The notes beneath the pieces were generated by a model. That model did not search any database. It was not told the origin of the DNA and worked only from the letters and a program-made list of their open reading frames with translations. From a virus, in IMG/VR virus record IMGVR_UViG_3300047323_000545: a stretch of 64,000 bases of DNA; one strand, given 5' to 3'. A program made the translations under genes and the position numbers. The stretch's first letter is position 1; each line of letters begins with the position of its first letter. Shown one piece after another: positions 9,858 to 17,895 of the stretch.

Positions 9858-9908
9858 CCGTTGAGCCGCCTTTCAACGGAAAGACGGCTCAACGGTTTTC
9901 AGTTTTTT
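9858..9908 (+). terminator. Intrinsic terminator of the plus-strand triad
   Basis: CCGTTGAGCCGCCTTTC-AACG-GAAAGACGGCTCAACGG followed by TTTTCAGTTTTTT. Confidence 0.85.
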
Positions 9909-10342
9909 CATCCAGTGAGCAGCATCTGCAGGGCCGCCGTCGTCTCCTCCGGAGTCAGCGGCTGGCCCGAAGCGATCTTCTCCCGCAGCTGCGCCTGCGC
10001 CTTCTGCTCGTCCGTCATGCCGTAGTACGGGTCCGGCCTGTGCGTGGCCAGCACCTGCTTCACGGCCGCCAGGTCCGCCGAGGACGGCGTGACGTACAGC
10101 GTGATCGGGGTCTGCGCGCCGACCGGGACCGGCTCGCCCTCGTCGTCGAGCGGGAAGAAGGCCGCGAGCCGGACGTCCGGGCCGAGCGCCTCGGTGACCT
10201 CGTCCTGCAGCTGGCCGATCTGCAGGTCACGGGGCCAGGTGAAGCGCTGGCTGTCTCCTCGGAAGGGGCACTTCGGGTCGCTGCCGTCGGCCGCCGTCTC
10301 AGCGGGGATCGGCTCGGCCACGTCGTCCATCAGTCCAGCCAT
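9908..10342 (-). CDS. Hypothetical protein
   Basis: Coupled to the upstream gene (alternative start 10330 by TGATG overlap); normal codon usage. Confidence 0.6.
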   Translation of the reverse strand: MAGLMDDVAEPIPAETAADGSDPKCPFRGDSQRFTWPRDLQIGQLQDEVTEALGPDVRLAAFFPLDDEGEPVPVGAQTPITLYVTPSSADLAAVKQVLATHRPDPYYGMTDEQKAQAQLREKIASGQPLTPEETTAALQMLLTG

Positions 10343-12549
10343 GTGGTGTCATCCTCCTGTGCCGCCAGGACGTGCTCCAGGTCGGCGTAGTGGGTCCCCT
10401 TGATGTCCAGGCGGTCGAGGTTCGCCGCCCGCACCCCCTCACCCTCGTTGATCAGCGCCTGCTGCTCAGCGAGAGAGAAGTCCTTCAGCGCCTGCCGCTT
10501 GAGGCCCGCCGTCATCGACGGCGTCAGGTCCGACGCCTCATCCGTCGGCACCGCCCCGTCCGTCGAGGGCAGCGCACCCTCCGGCTCGTCGTGCAGCTCC
10601 GCCTCCGTGCCGCCGGGCTCGAACAGCGCCGCCTCCAGACCCCCGTGGGCGTACGACTGCAGCGGCAGCTGCCGGTTCCAGCCCGCCGGGTCCCCGCCCG
10701 CGAGCGGTCCGGCCGACGCCGGGTTCTCCCAGGGCCTCTTCGGCGCCGTGGCTCCCGGCGCCTTGGGCAGCAGGTACGACGTCCCCGACGGCTCCCCGAA
10801 CGGCGCGTCGGCATTGGCCAGCGGCCGGATGCCCGCCACGCTCAAGGCCAGCAGCAGCTCCTCCTGGTCCTCACCGGCGACCACGGTCGCACGGGCGACG
10901 ACCGACATGGGCGCCTGCTGCAGGGAAGCGTGAGCGGCATGGCCGCCGGGAAAGTCGTGACGCTGGTGCTCCCAGAGGTGGTCGAAGAGGCCGTCGCCCT
11001 TGAACGTCCGGAAGTCCTCGTCGGGCGTGTTCATGTTCTTCCAAGAGACGCCCTTGAGGTGCACCCCGGCCCCAGGGTGGAGCGGGATCTCACTCTCGCC
11101 GTGGTCGTGGTAGCCGTAGATCATTCCGTCGGACTGGTCCGGGTCCTCGTCGATCGCGTGCCGGTCAGGCTTCTCCGCGTGGAAGACGACCGACGTGGGG
11201 TGAGTGCCGTGCCGGTTCGGGCGATCGTCCATCTCGCCGAAGGACTCGGCCACGCCGTGGTTGTCCGTCCAGTGGCGTCCCAGGCCCTCACTGCCCCGGG
11301 CCAGGTCGCTGTGCGGGAGTGACTTCATCAGGTGCTGGGCGCGCTCGTGCATCGGGCGGGACTCGTCGTGGACGATCGCGTGATCCTCGGGGCGCAGATG
11401 GACGTTGACGCCCCGGTGGATATCGCCAAGACCTTCGTGGATGCTGTCCCACTCGTTCGACTTCCGCTGCTTCTCCGCAAAGTAGTCGTGGTCGCCGTGT
11501 TCTTCGGCGTCCATGTCCCACATGGACGGCTCGGGGGCGTCCCACGAGGAGAGCTTGCGAGCGGTCGCCGGGGCGAGCCGGTTGGTGTCGGCGTCGATGT
11601 CGTAGCGGACGACGACATGGCGGGGTACCCAGGTGGGCTTGTGCTCGTCGGCGTTGACGTCGCGGCCGAACATGCCCCTCGACTGGGCCTCGTACTGCAG
11701 GGCCAGCGCGTGGGAGCACATGCGCCCGGCGAACCGGCTGAAGTCGTCGTCGGCGCCCCAGTGGTAGGCGCCCCACTTGCAGCCGCAGGACCAAGAGTGC
11801 GCGGCCACCTTGCCCGGCATGCGCTGCAGGCCGGTCTCGTAGACGTGGTGGTCGCCCTTGACCTCGGCGTAGACCAGGCCGTCGGAGGCGAGGGTGACGC
11901 GCAGGCGGCCCTCGGAGCGGATCCGCTTGGCCTTGGCCACCACGTCGCGCCAGGCGGCCGTGATGTGGAAGCGGAAGTCGGTGTCAGCGGCGGCCGTCAC
12001 GACCAGGTCGGAGAAGAGGGCGGACGCCTTCTTGGCCCACGGCGGCGCGTCGTCGTCGCCGTCGCTGGAGTCGTAGTCATCCTTGTCGTCGGAGTCGTCG
12101 TCCGAGTCCTTGGAGTCGTTTTCTCCGGAGTCGTCGTCGTTCTCCGAGTCGTCCGAATCCGGCTCGTCGCTGTCGCTGTCGGCAAAGGGGTTCTTGCCCG
12201 CCGTGACGAACTGGCGGGCCGGGTCCGGGCGCTCGACGAGGATCTGGGACAGCTCCGGGTAGTCGACGGCCGCCGTCTGCTCCATGGCCTCGGCGGTGAT
12301 CGGCGCCGGGCTGAGCTGGGAGGCCGTGTACCGGCCGCCACCCAGACCTCGGTCCAGCACGACCTCGTACTCCTCGGAGCCGGGGAAGGGGCCGTCCTCG
12401 ACGTGCTTGACGACGCCGGTGACACCGTCGATCGTCTGTACCCGCTGCTCGGGCTTGTACTCCCAGTAGTCCTCGGAGCGCACCGCGAGACGCTGCACGC
12501 CCAGGGTCTGGTGCTCCAGGCGCTCGCTGCGCTCGAACTTGCCGCCCAC
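10330..12549 (-). CDS. Head-module multidomain protein with SWIM Zn finger and inserted ART-like domain
   Basis: GTG start with GGGAGG RBS; SCGCKWG...MCSH (SWIM); acidic tract; IHRG...HWTD..VAESF...ESEI (ART-like). Confidence 0.6.
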   Translation of the reverse strand: MGGKFERSERLEHQTLGVQRLAVRSEDYWEYKPEQRVQTIDGVTGVVKHVEDGPFPGSEEYEVVLDRGLGGGRYTASQLSPAPITAEAMEQTAAVDYPELSQILVERPDPARQFVTAGKNPFADSDSDEPDSDDSENDDDSGENDSKDSDDDSDDKDDYDSSDGDDDAPPWAKKASALFSDLVVTAAADTDFRFHITAAWRDVVAKAKRIRSEGRLRVTLASDGLVYAEVKGDHHVYETGLQRMPGKVAAHSWSCGCKWGAYHWGADDDFSRFAGRMCSHALALQYEAQSRGMFGRDVNADEHKPTWVPRHVVVRYDIDADTNRLAPATARKLSSWDAPEPSMWDMDAEEHGDHDYFAEKQRKSNEWDSIHEGLGDIHRGVNVHLRPEDHAIVHDESRPMHERAQHLMKSLPHSDLARGSEGLGRHWTDNHGVAESFGEMDDRPNRHGTHPTSVVFHAEKPDRHAIDEDPDQSDGMIYGYHDHGESEIPLHPGAGVHLKGVSWKNMNTPDEDFRTFKGDGLFDHLWEHQRHDFPGGHAAHASLQQAPMSVVARATVVAGEDQEELLLALSVAGIRPLANADAPFGEPSGTSYLLPKAPGATAPKRPWENPASAGPLAGGDPAGWNRQLPLQSYAHGGLEAALFEPGGTEAELHDEPEGALPSTDGAVPTDEASDLTPSMTAGLKRQALKDFSLAEQQALINEGEGVRAANLDRLDIKGTHYADLEHVLAAQEDDTTWLD

Positions 12550-12581
12550 CGGCGCCTCCCTCAACGACCGAAACCCTTCAG

Positions 12582-12612
12582 CCCTTGGGGGTCGCTGCCG
12601 GTGGGGCGACAG
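12582..12612 (-). promoter_or_regulatory. Late-type bipartite motif, copy 4
   Basis: CTGTC-N21-AAGGG upstream of the 12549 start. Confidence 0.6.
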
Positions 12613-12622
12613 CAAGGGGCAT

Positions 12623-12991
12623 TCAGTGGAAGACGGCGAACAGAGAGATGGCGGCGATGATCAGGGAGATGCCTGGGATGATGCCCTTGTAGAGGAAGTC
12701 GCGGCGGCCTTGCTGGCGGGAGCGCTCCTCTTCGGAGCGGGAGCGCGCCTCTTCGGACGCTTCCTCCTCCAGCTTCTTCACCGCCTCTTCCAGGTGGTCG
12801 ACGCGCTGCTGCAGGAGACGCTTTTCTGCTTCGAAGTGATCGCGGGTAACGAAGCCGTCCAGGCGCTTCTTGACGTCGTTCAGCTCCTGCTTGATCTGCC
12901 CGTATGTCAGGCTGACGCGTTCGCGAGTGTTGTCCGAGTCACGCTCGATCAGCCGCCACAGCTCCCCGATGCTCTGGGGTTCGGTCGTCAT
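12623..12991 (-). CDS. Coiled-coil protein with C-terminal TM helix (lysis-associated)
   Basis: Start MTTEPQ with AGGAG RBS; directly downstream of an endolysin. Confidence 0.6.
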   Translation of the reverse strand: MTTEPQSIGELWRLIERDSDNTRERVSLTYGQIKQELNDVKKRLDGFVTRDHFEAEKRLLQQRVDHLEEAVKKLEEEASEEARSRSEEERSRQQGRRDFLYKGIIPGISLIIAAISLFAVFH

Positions 12992-13023
12992 GGGCGCAAC
13001 TCCTAGGTGGGGGTGGGTCCTCA

Positions 13024-13056
13024 CCCCTTGGCGGCAGTGCTCAGTGGTCCAGACAG
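13024..13056 (-). promoter_or_regulatory. Late-type bipartite motif, copy 5
   Basis: CTGTC-N22-AAGGGGTG. Confidence 0.65.
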
Positions 13057-13059
13057 GGC

Positions 13060-13097
13060 GAAGGCCCGGATTGCGGACGATCACAATCCGGGCCTTC
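13060..13097. terminator. Hairpin after the endolysin gene
   Basis: Perfect 14-bp stem GAAGGCCCGGATTG/CAATCCGGGCCTTC. Confidence 0.6.
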
Positions 13098-13107
13098 ACT
13101 GTGGGTG

Positions 13108-13983
13108 TTACTTCTTGCGCAGACCGTTGGCGACCTCGAAGGCGTACTGCCAGGTCTTCGGGCCGCACAGGCCGTCGGCCGGGCCGAGCGCCGACAGGTA
13201 GTGCTGCTGCAGCGCCTTGACCTTCTTCAGGTCGATGGATGACATCGTCTCGGACGGGCCGACGGCGTACTCCGGGCCCCAGTTGCCCTTGTCGAGCCAC
13301 TTCTGCAGCTGCAGGGCGTACTTGTTCCTCGCGCCGAGCCTGAAGTACTCACGGCCGGGGAAGGCCGGGCACTTCGGGGTGCTCGGGGTCGGCTTGCTCG
13401 GCGTGGGCGGAGTCGGCGGCTTGGGAGCGACCGGGGCCGACCAGCGCCAGGAGGCGACCGCCTTGCCGCCGCGCGGGTCGGCAGGGTCGGCCGTGGGCGG
13501 GCAGACGCCGTCGGGGAAGTGCGGGGCGAAGTATCCGGCGACCTTGGTGGCGCGGCGGGCGGTGACGTGGGACCAGACGCCGTTGCCCTGGCCGTTGTCC
13601 TCGGACCCGGTCTTGATCGAGTTCCCGCCCTTGGTGTACACCCAGGTCTCGTCGAAGCCGACGACGATCTCAGTGTGCGCGCCGTTCGAGAAGTCGACGA
13701 GCGCTCCCACCGAGGGGTACTCGGACCACAGGCCGTGCTGCTTGGCGTAGGCCGCCATGGCCGCCACGGAGGCTGTCTTGGGCACGATCGCATCGAGGCC
13801 GACGTCGTGGAACATGTCCCAGTCGAAGATCATGCACCACGCGACGCCGTCCCAGCCGTACTCCTTGCCGAACGGGGTGTGGTTGTCCCAGCCCTCGACG
13901 GAGTTCCAGGTCTCGTAGATCTTCTCGGGTATGGACTGGACGTGGTCGACGAGGCGGCGCCAGTCGGGGGTCGAATCGGTCAC
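13108..13983 (-). CDS. Endolysin: CHAP-like domain plus peptidoglycan-binding domain
   Basis: YGWDGVAWCMIF (Cys), HTEIV (His), GGNS; Pro-rich linker; PAFPG..YF..G...GPADGLCGPKTW C-terminus. Confidence 0.8.
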   Translation of the reverse strand: MTDSTPDWRRLVDHVQSIPEKIYETWNSVEGWDNHTPFGKEYGWDGVAWCMIFDWDMFHDVGLDAIVPKTASVAAMAAYAKQHGLWSEYPSVGALVDFSNGAHTEIVVGFDETWVYTKGGNSIKTGSEDNGQGNGVWSHVTARRATKVAGYFAPHFPDGVCPPTADPADPRGGKAVASWRWSAPVAPKPPTPPTPSKPTPSTPKCPAFPGREYFRLGARNKYALQLQKWLDKGNWGPEYAVGPSETMSSIDLKKVKALQQHYLSALGPADGLCGPKTWQYAFEVANGLRKK

Positions 13984-14013
13984 GGGTTCCTCCCGGAGGG
14001 TGGTGAGATCTCA

Positions 14014-14044
14014 CCCCTTCGGTTGGAACCCGTGACCGAGACAG
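14014..14044 (-). promoter_or_regulatory. Late-type bipartite motif, copy 6
   Basis: CTGTC-N20-AAGGGGTG. Confidence 0.65.
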
Positions 14045-14047
14045 CAA

Positions 14048-14845
14048 TCAGTGGCTGTGAGGTACCTGCAGGGCCCGCCAGATGGTCTCGTTGGGCACGC
14101 CGGTGTACGCGCCGCCAGGAGAGCCGCACGTCACGTGCCAGTTGCCCCACGCGGTGAGGTCGCCGGAGCCGATGTCGGCGGTCGGCGTGTAGCTGCCTGC
14201 ACCGACCGCGATCAGGCGCTGGGCTGCAGCCAGGACGAGCGGCGACGTCCGGCCGATGTCGAACCAGTCGGCGCCGGGGTATGGCGCGTAGGCCGCCGCC
14301 GTGCCGGAGGACGTCTTGAGCAGGGTGCCGTCGTCGACCCAGCCCGGGTCGGCGGTCACCATCGGGCTGCAGTACTTCGGGTATCCGTAGCCGTAGACGT
14401 TGGTGTCGGAGCGGTTGCGCACCCGCAGGTAGACGCCGTCGCCCTCGGCCGCACCGGTGGTGTTTGAATTGCCTTCTATCGTCCAGATCTGGGTGGAGTT
14501 GTAGGCATACACCAGGCCGGTGTGGTCACCGCCGTTGGTGCCCAGCATGACCTGCGCGCCGACCGCCGGGTACCAGCTCCACCGGTTCCAGGACTGGTAG
14601 GTGTTGATGACCTCCAGGCAGTCGGGGCTGTTGGGGATGATGCCGACATCACCGGCCCGGTAGGCCAGCCACAGCAGGAAGATGACGCACCAGGACTGGC
14701 CGTCGTACCCGGCCATCCCGGGCGTCTCCTTGGCGTACTTGTTCAGGTTCGACCAGGTGTTGGAGACATAGTCCTCCTGGTACTTGATGGCGGCTTCCTG
14801 CTGCCCGAGTTCGAACAGCGTCTGGGGCGCGATTGCGGCTACCAC
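14048..14845 (-). CDS. Second CHAP-domain peptidoglycan hydrolase with PG-binding domain
   Basis: Start reset to GTG 14845 (GGAG RBS); DGQSWCVIF, HTGLV, TIEGNS, GYGYPKY motifs. Confidence 0.8.
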   Translation of the reverse strand: MVAAIAPQTLFELGQQEAAIKYQEDYVSNTWSNLNKYAKETPGMAGYDGQSWCVIFLLWLAYRAGDVGIIPNSPDCLEVINTYQSWNRWSWYPAVGAQVMLGTNGGDHTGLVYAYNSTQIWTIEGNSNTTGAAEGDGVYLRVRNRSDTNVYGYGYPKYCSPMVTADPGWVDDGTLLKTSSGTAAAYAPYPGADWFDIGRTSPLVLAAAQRLIAVGAGSYTPTADIGSGDLTAWGNWHVTCGSPGGAYTGVPNETIWRALQVPHSH

Positions 14846-14859
14846 GGGGGCTCCAGGGG

Positions 14860-17800
14860 TCAGGACGGGTCGAGGATGCGCCAGCCGACCGTCGAGGTGT
14901 CGCTGGCCGACGTTGAGGTGACGGCGAACGAGGTGCCCGCCGTCCGCGCGGAGACGTACGGGGTGCCGACCGTGCCGCCCGGGGCCTGGGTGGTCAGCAT
15001 GACGACGCTGCCCGCCCCGATCGCCGTGGTGTTCACGGTGGCCGTGCCGCCGACGAGGACGACCGTGCCCATACGGGCGCCAGTGCCGGTCGCGGGCACC
15101 ACGGTGCGCCCGGCCAGCGTGACGGAGCCGTCGCCCTGGCCGAGGAGGTTGACGGTGCCGTTCAGGGCGTTCGGCTTGACCGCGATCAGGCCCAGCGCGG
15201 TGCCGTACGTGCCCGCGTCCGCCCTGAGGCAGGTGGTGGCGCCCGAGCCGGGCGACGCCTCCACGACGCCGCTGAGGATCGCGCCGGAGGTCGCGTTGGT
15301 GAGCCAGACGCTCGTACCGTCGGACGCCTCGGTGTAGAAGCCGCTGACGACCGTGCCGTTGCCGCCGTAGATGATCAGGCCGGTGGTGCACTGCTCGGCG
15401 CCGGAGCCGGTGATGTTGACGGCCAGGCAGTTGTCCAGCCGGTACCCGGCCGGAGTGTTGGAGGCGGAGCAGGCATTCAGGGTCGTGTAGGCCATGCCGT
15501 CGAGCCAGAAGCCGCCGGTGACGTTGCCTTCGGCGGAGCACGAGATCAGCGACGTCGAGGTACCGCCCAGGACGGTGTCCTGCGGAGAGCGCAGGTGGAA
15601 GCCGAGGCCGCCACAGGTCCGCACCCGCACGCGGTGCAGCGTGCTGGAAGCCAGCTCGTGGCAGAAGACACCGTCGCCGCCAAAGCTCTGGATGAGCATG
15701 TCCCGCAGGCTGATGTTCGCGGTCGACGGCGCGGAGAAGCGGGTGAAGCGCACGCCGGAGCCGTAGCCGCGCCCGGGGCCGGACAGCTGCAGCGCCTGCA
15801 GGGTGACGCCGCTGATGTCGGTGCCGGTGATGCAGTCCAGGGTCTGGTTGGTCGACTGCAGGATGGACACGCGGGCGCCCGCGCCGATCGCGTTGACGCC
15901 GCTGGCCCAGGTGAGCGAGGCGTTCAGGATGTAGCGGCCCGCCGGGAAGTACAGCGTGCCGCCCCCGGCCGCGCTGGCCGCGTTGATGGCGGCCTGGATC
16001 GCCGGGGCGTCGTCGGTGACGCCGTCGCCCTTGGCGTTGTACTTCTTGACGTTCAGCCAGTCCACCGCGAGCGAGGGCCGCGTCGCGCGCACCGGCGCAG
16101 TGGTTGGGCCGGTCGCCGTGGTGACGGTGGCGCCGATCGTGACGGCCGTGTTGGTGCCGTCGTCGTACAGGCCCTGAGCGTCGGCGTGGAGGTAGGCGAT
16201 GTCGAGCTGGACGTTGGAGGCGCCGGACAGGCGGACGCCGTACTGGGGCGAGTTGGTGCCGCTGCCGTTGTCGTCCACGCCCGGGTAGCAGGTCAGTCCG
16301 CTGACCACGACCGGCATGGTGGAGCCGACCAGGGACAGGCCCGCGTAGTTCGCGCCGCCGGAGCCGCCGTTGCGGCCGTCACGGCGGGTGACCAGCTCGC
16401 CGATGGTCAGCGGGCCGTTGCCGGTGGCGTCCACGCGCACGCCGTCCCAGCCGTTGCGGTCCGTGCTGCAGGCGGACATGACGGCGCCGCCGGAGCCCGC
16501 GCCGTTGCCCCAGGAGCCAGTGATGTAGTAGCCGTAGTTGCCGTTCCACTCCGAGCGGCAGCCCAGGAGGGTGGAGTTGGCGATGTTGTTGAGGATGAAG
16601 CCGGTCGCCCAGCAGCCGATGACCTGGCAGTCGTCCAGGGTGATGTCGGTCATGCGGTTGAGCAGCATGCCGTTGCCACGGCAGTTGTCGACCATGACCG
16701 AGTGCAGGCGCCAGGAGTACGGGAAGACGTTGCTGACCCCGGCGGTGACGATGCCGTTGTTGGACATCTTCCGGATCGTCACGTTGCGCATGACGAGGTT
16801 CTGGACGTTCCCGGCGGCGTAGATGCCGTCGACCGGCTTGGTGCCGTCCAGCGTCGAGCCGTCGAGCATGATGTCCTGCAGCCGGTGCTCGGCCGCCAGG
16901 CTGGAGTAGCCGCCGGTGGTCTGGTCCTGGTAGGTCAGCAGCGCGGTGCCCGTGAAGGAGGCCAGCGGCTGGATGTAGGACGGCGGGTCGGTCAGGCCCG
17001 GTCCGGACATCAGGCTGGAGTGCACGCCCTGCAGGACCACGCCCGGCTTCGGCTTCAGGGTGGCGCTGGTGCGGTAGACGCCCGCCGGGAAGTAGACGAT
17101 GCCGCCGGAGGGGCAGGCGTCGATCGCGGCCTGGATCGCGGCCCGGTCGTCGGTGGCGCCGTCGCCCTTGGCACCGTAGAGCTTGTCCTTGACGTTGTAC
17201 CAGGCCAGCGCGGAGCCGCCGAGCTGGGCGACGGTGGCGTAGTCCTGCGGGTTCACGCCGTCGGCCGCGCCGGTGATGCGCTGGCCGTTCAGGGGGATGC
17301 TGGCCGTCGGCAGTCCCACCTGGTGCAGCAGCGGCATCTGGTGGACGTGCTGGGCGTCGGCCGCCTTGCCGCTGGCCCCGGCCGCCCGGGTCCCCAGGGC
17401 CTGGATATCGGTGTTGTCACCGCTGATCGGCGTGGCGCTCCCGCCGCCGGTGCCGAGGTTGGCAGGCAGCTGGTCCAGGGGTACGCGGCCGGAGCCGTCC
17501 AGTCCCGCGTACCCGTTGGGCAGGCCGCGCGTGTTGACGGGCTGGAAGAAGATGCCCGGCGCGAGGGCCTCGGCCAGCCGGGGCGCGGTGGCCAGGTCGA
17601 CCGTCCCGCCGTCGTACGGCACGGCGATGAAGTAGGTGGCCGTGGCCAGCCCGGACAGCGTCTCGGTCACCTCGTAGGTGCCGCCGCCGACCGGAAGCGT
17701 GTCGGGGTCGTTGGTGGCCTGGACGCTCAGGGATATCTTCCCCAGGGAGTCGAGCGTGGCCGTGTACGGCCGCCGGTCGGCGATCTCCCCGCTGTTGGTG

Positions 17801-17895
17801 AGCACGCCGACGAGCTGCAGCCGAACCGTTCCGCTGCGGGGATTGCCCGAGCCGTCCGTGTAGGTCCGCGTGACCGGAACCAGCGTGAATGTCAT
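14860..17895 (-). CDS. Tailspike/appendage-like protein with two tandem pectate-lyase-like beta-helix domains
   Basis: Two copies of NVK..Y.AKGDG.TDD..AIQAAI.A...GG..YFPAG.Y, each followed by parallel beta-helix repeats. Confidence 0.8.
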   Translation of the reverse strand: MTFTLVPVTRTYTDGSGNPRSGTVRLQLVGVLTNSGEIADRRPYTATLDSLGKISLSVQATNDPDTLPVGGGTYEVTETLSGLATATYFIAVPYDGGTVDLATAPRLAEALAPGIFFQPVNTRGLPNGYAGLDGSGRVPLDQLPANLGTGGGSATPISGDNTDIQALGTRAAGASGKAADAQHVHQMPLLHQVGLPTASIPLNGQRITGAADGVNPQDYATVAQLGGSALAWYNVKDKLYGAKGDGATDDRAAIQAAIDACPSGGIVYFPAGVYRTSATLKPKPGVVLQGVHSSLMSGPGLTDPPSYIQPLASFTGTALLTYQDQTTGGYSSLAAEHRLQDIMLDGSTLDGTKPVDGIYAAGNVQNLVMRNVTIRKMSNNGIVTAGVSNVFPYSWRLHSVMVDNCRGNGMLLNRMTDITLDDCQVIGCWATGFILNNIANSTLLGCRSEWNGNYGYYITGSWGNGAGSGGAVMSACSTDRNGWDGVRVDATGNGPLTIGELVTRRDGRNGGSGGANYAGLSLVGSTMPVVVSGLTCYPGVDDNGSGTNSPQYGVRLSGASNVQLDIAYLHADAQGLYDDGTNTAVTIGATVTTATGPTTAPVRATRPSLAVDWLNVKKYNAKGDGVTDDAPAIQAAINAASAAGGGTLYFPAGRYILNASLTWASGVNAIGAGARVSILQSTNQTLDCITGTDISGVTLQALQLSGPGRGYGSGVRFTRFSAPSTANISLRDMLIQSFGGDGVFCHELASSTLHRVRVRTCGGLGFHLRSPQDTVLGGTSTSLISCSAEGNVTGGFWLDGMAYTTLNACSASNTPAGYRLDNCLAVNITGSGAEQCTTGLIIYGGNGTVVSGFYTEASDGTSVWLTNATSGAILSGVVEASPGSGATTCLRADAGTYGTALGLIAVKPNALNGTVNLLGQGDGSVTLAGRTVVPATGTGARMGTVVLVGGTATVNTTAIGAGSVVMLTTQAPGGTVGTPYVSARTAGTSFAVTSTSASDTSTVGWRILDPS

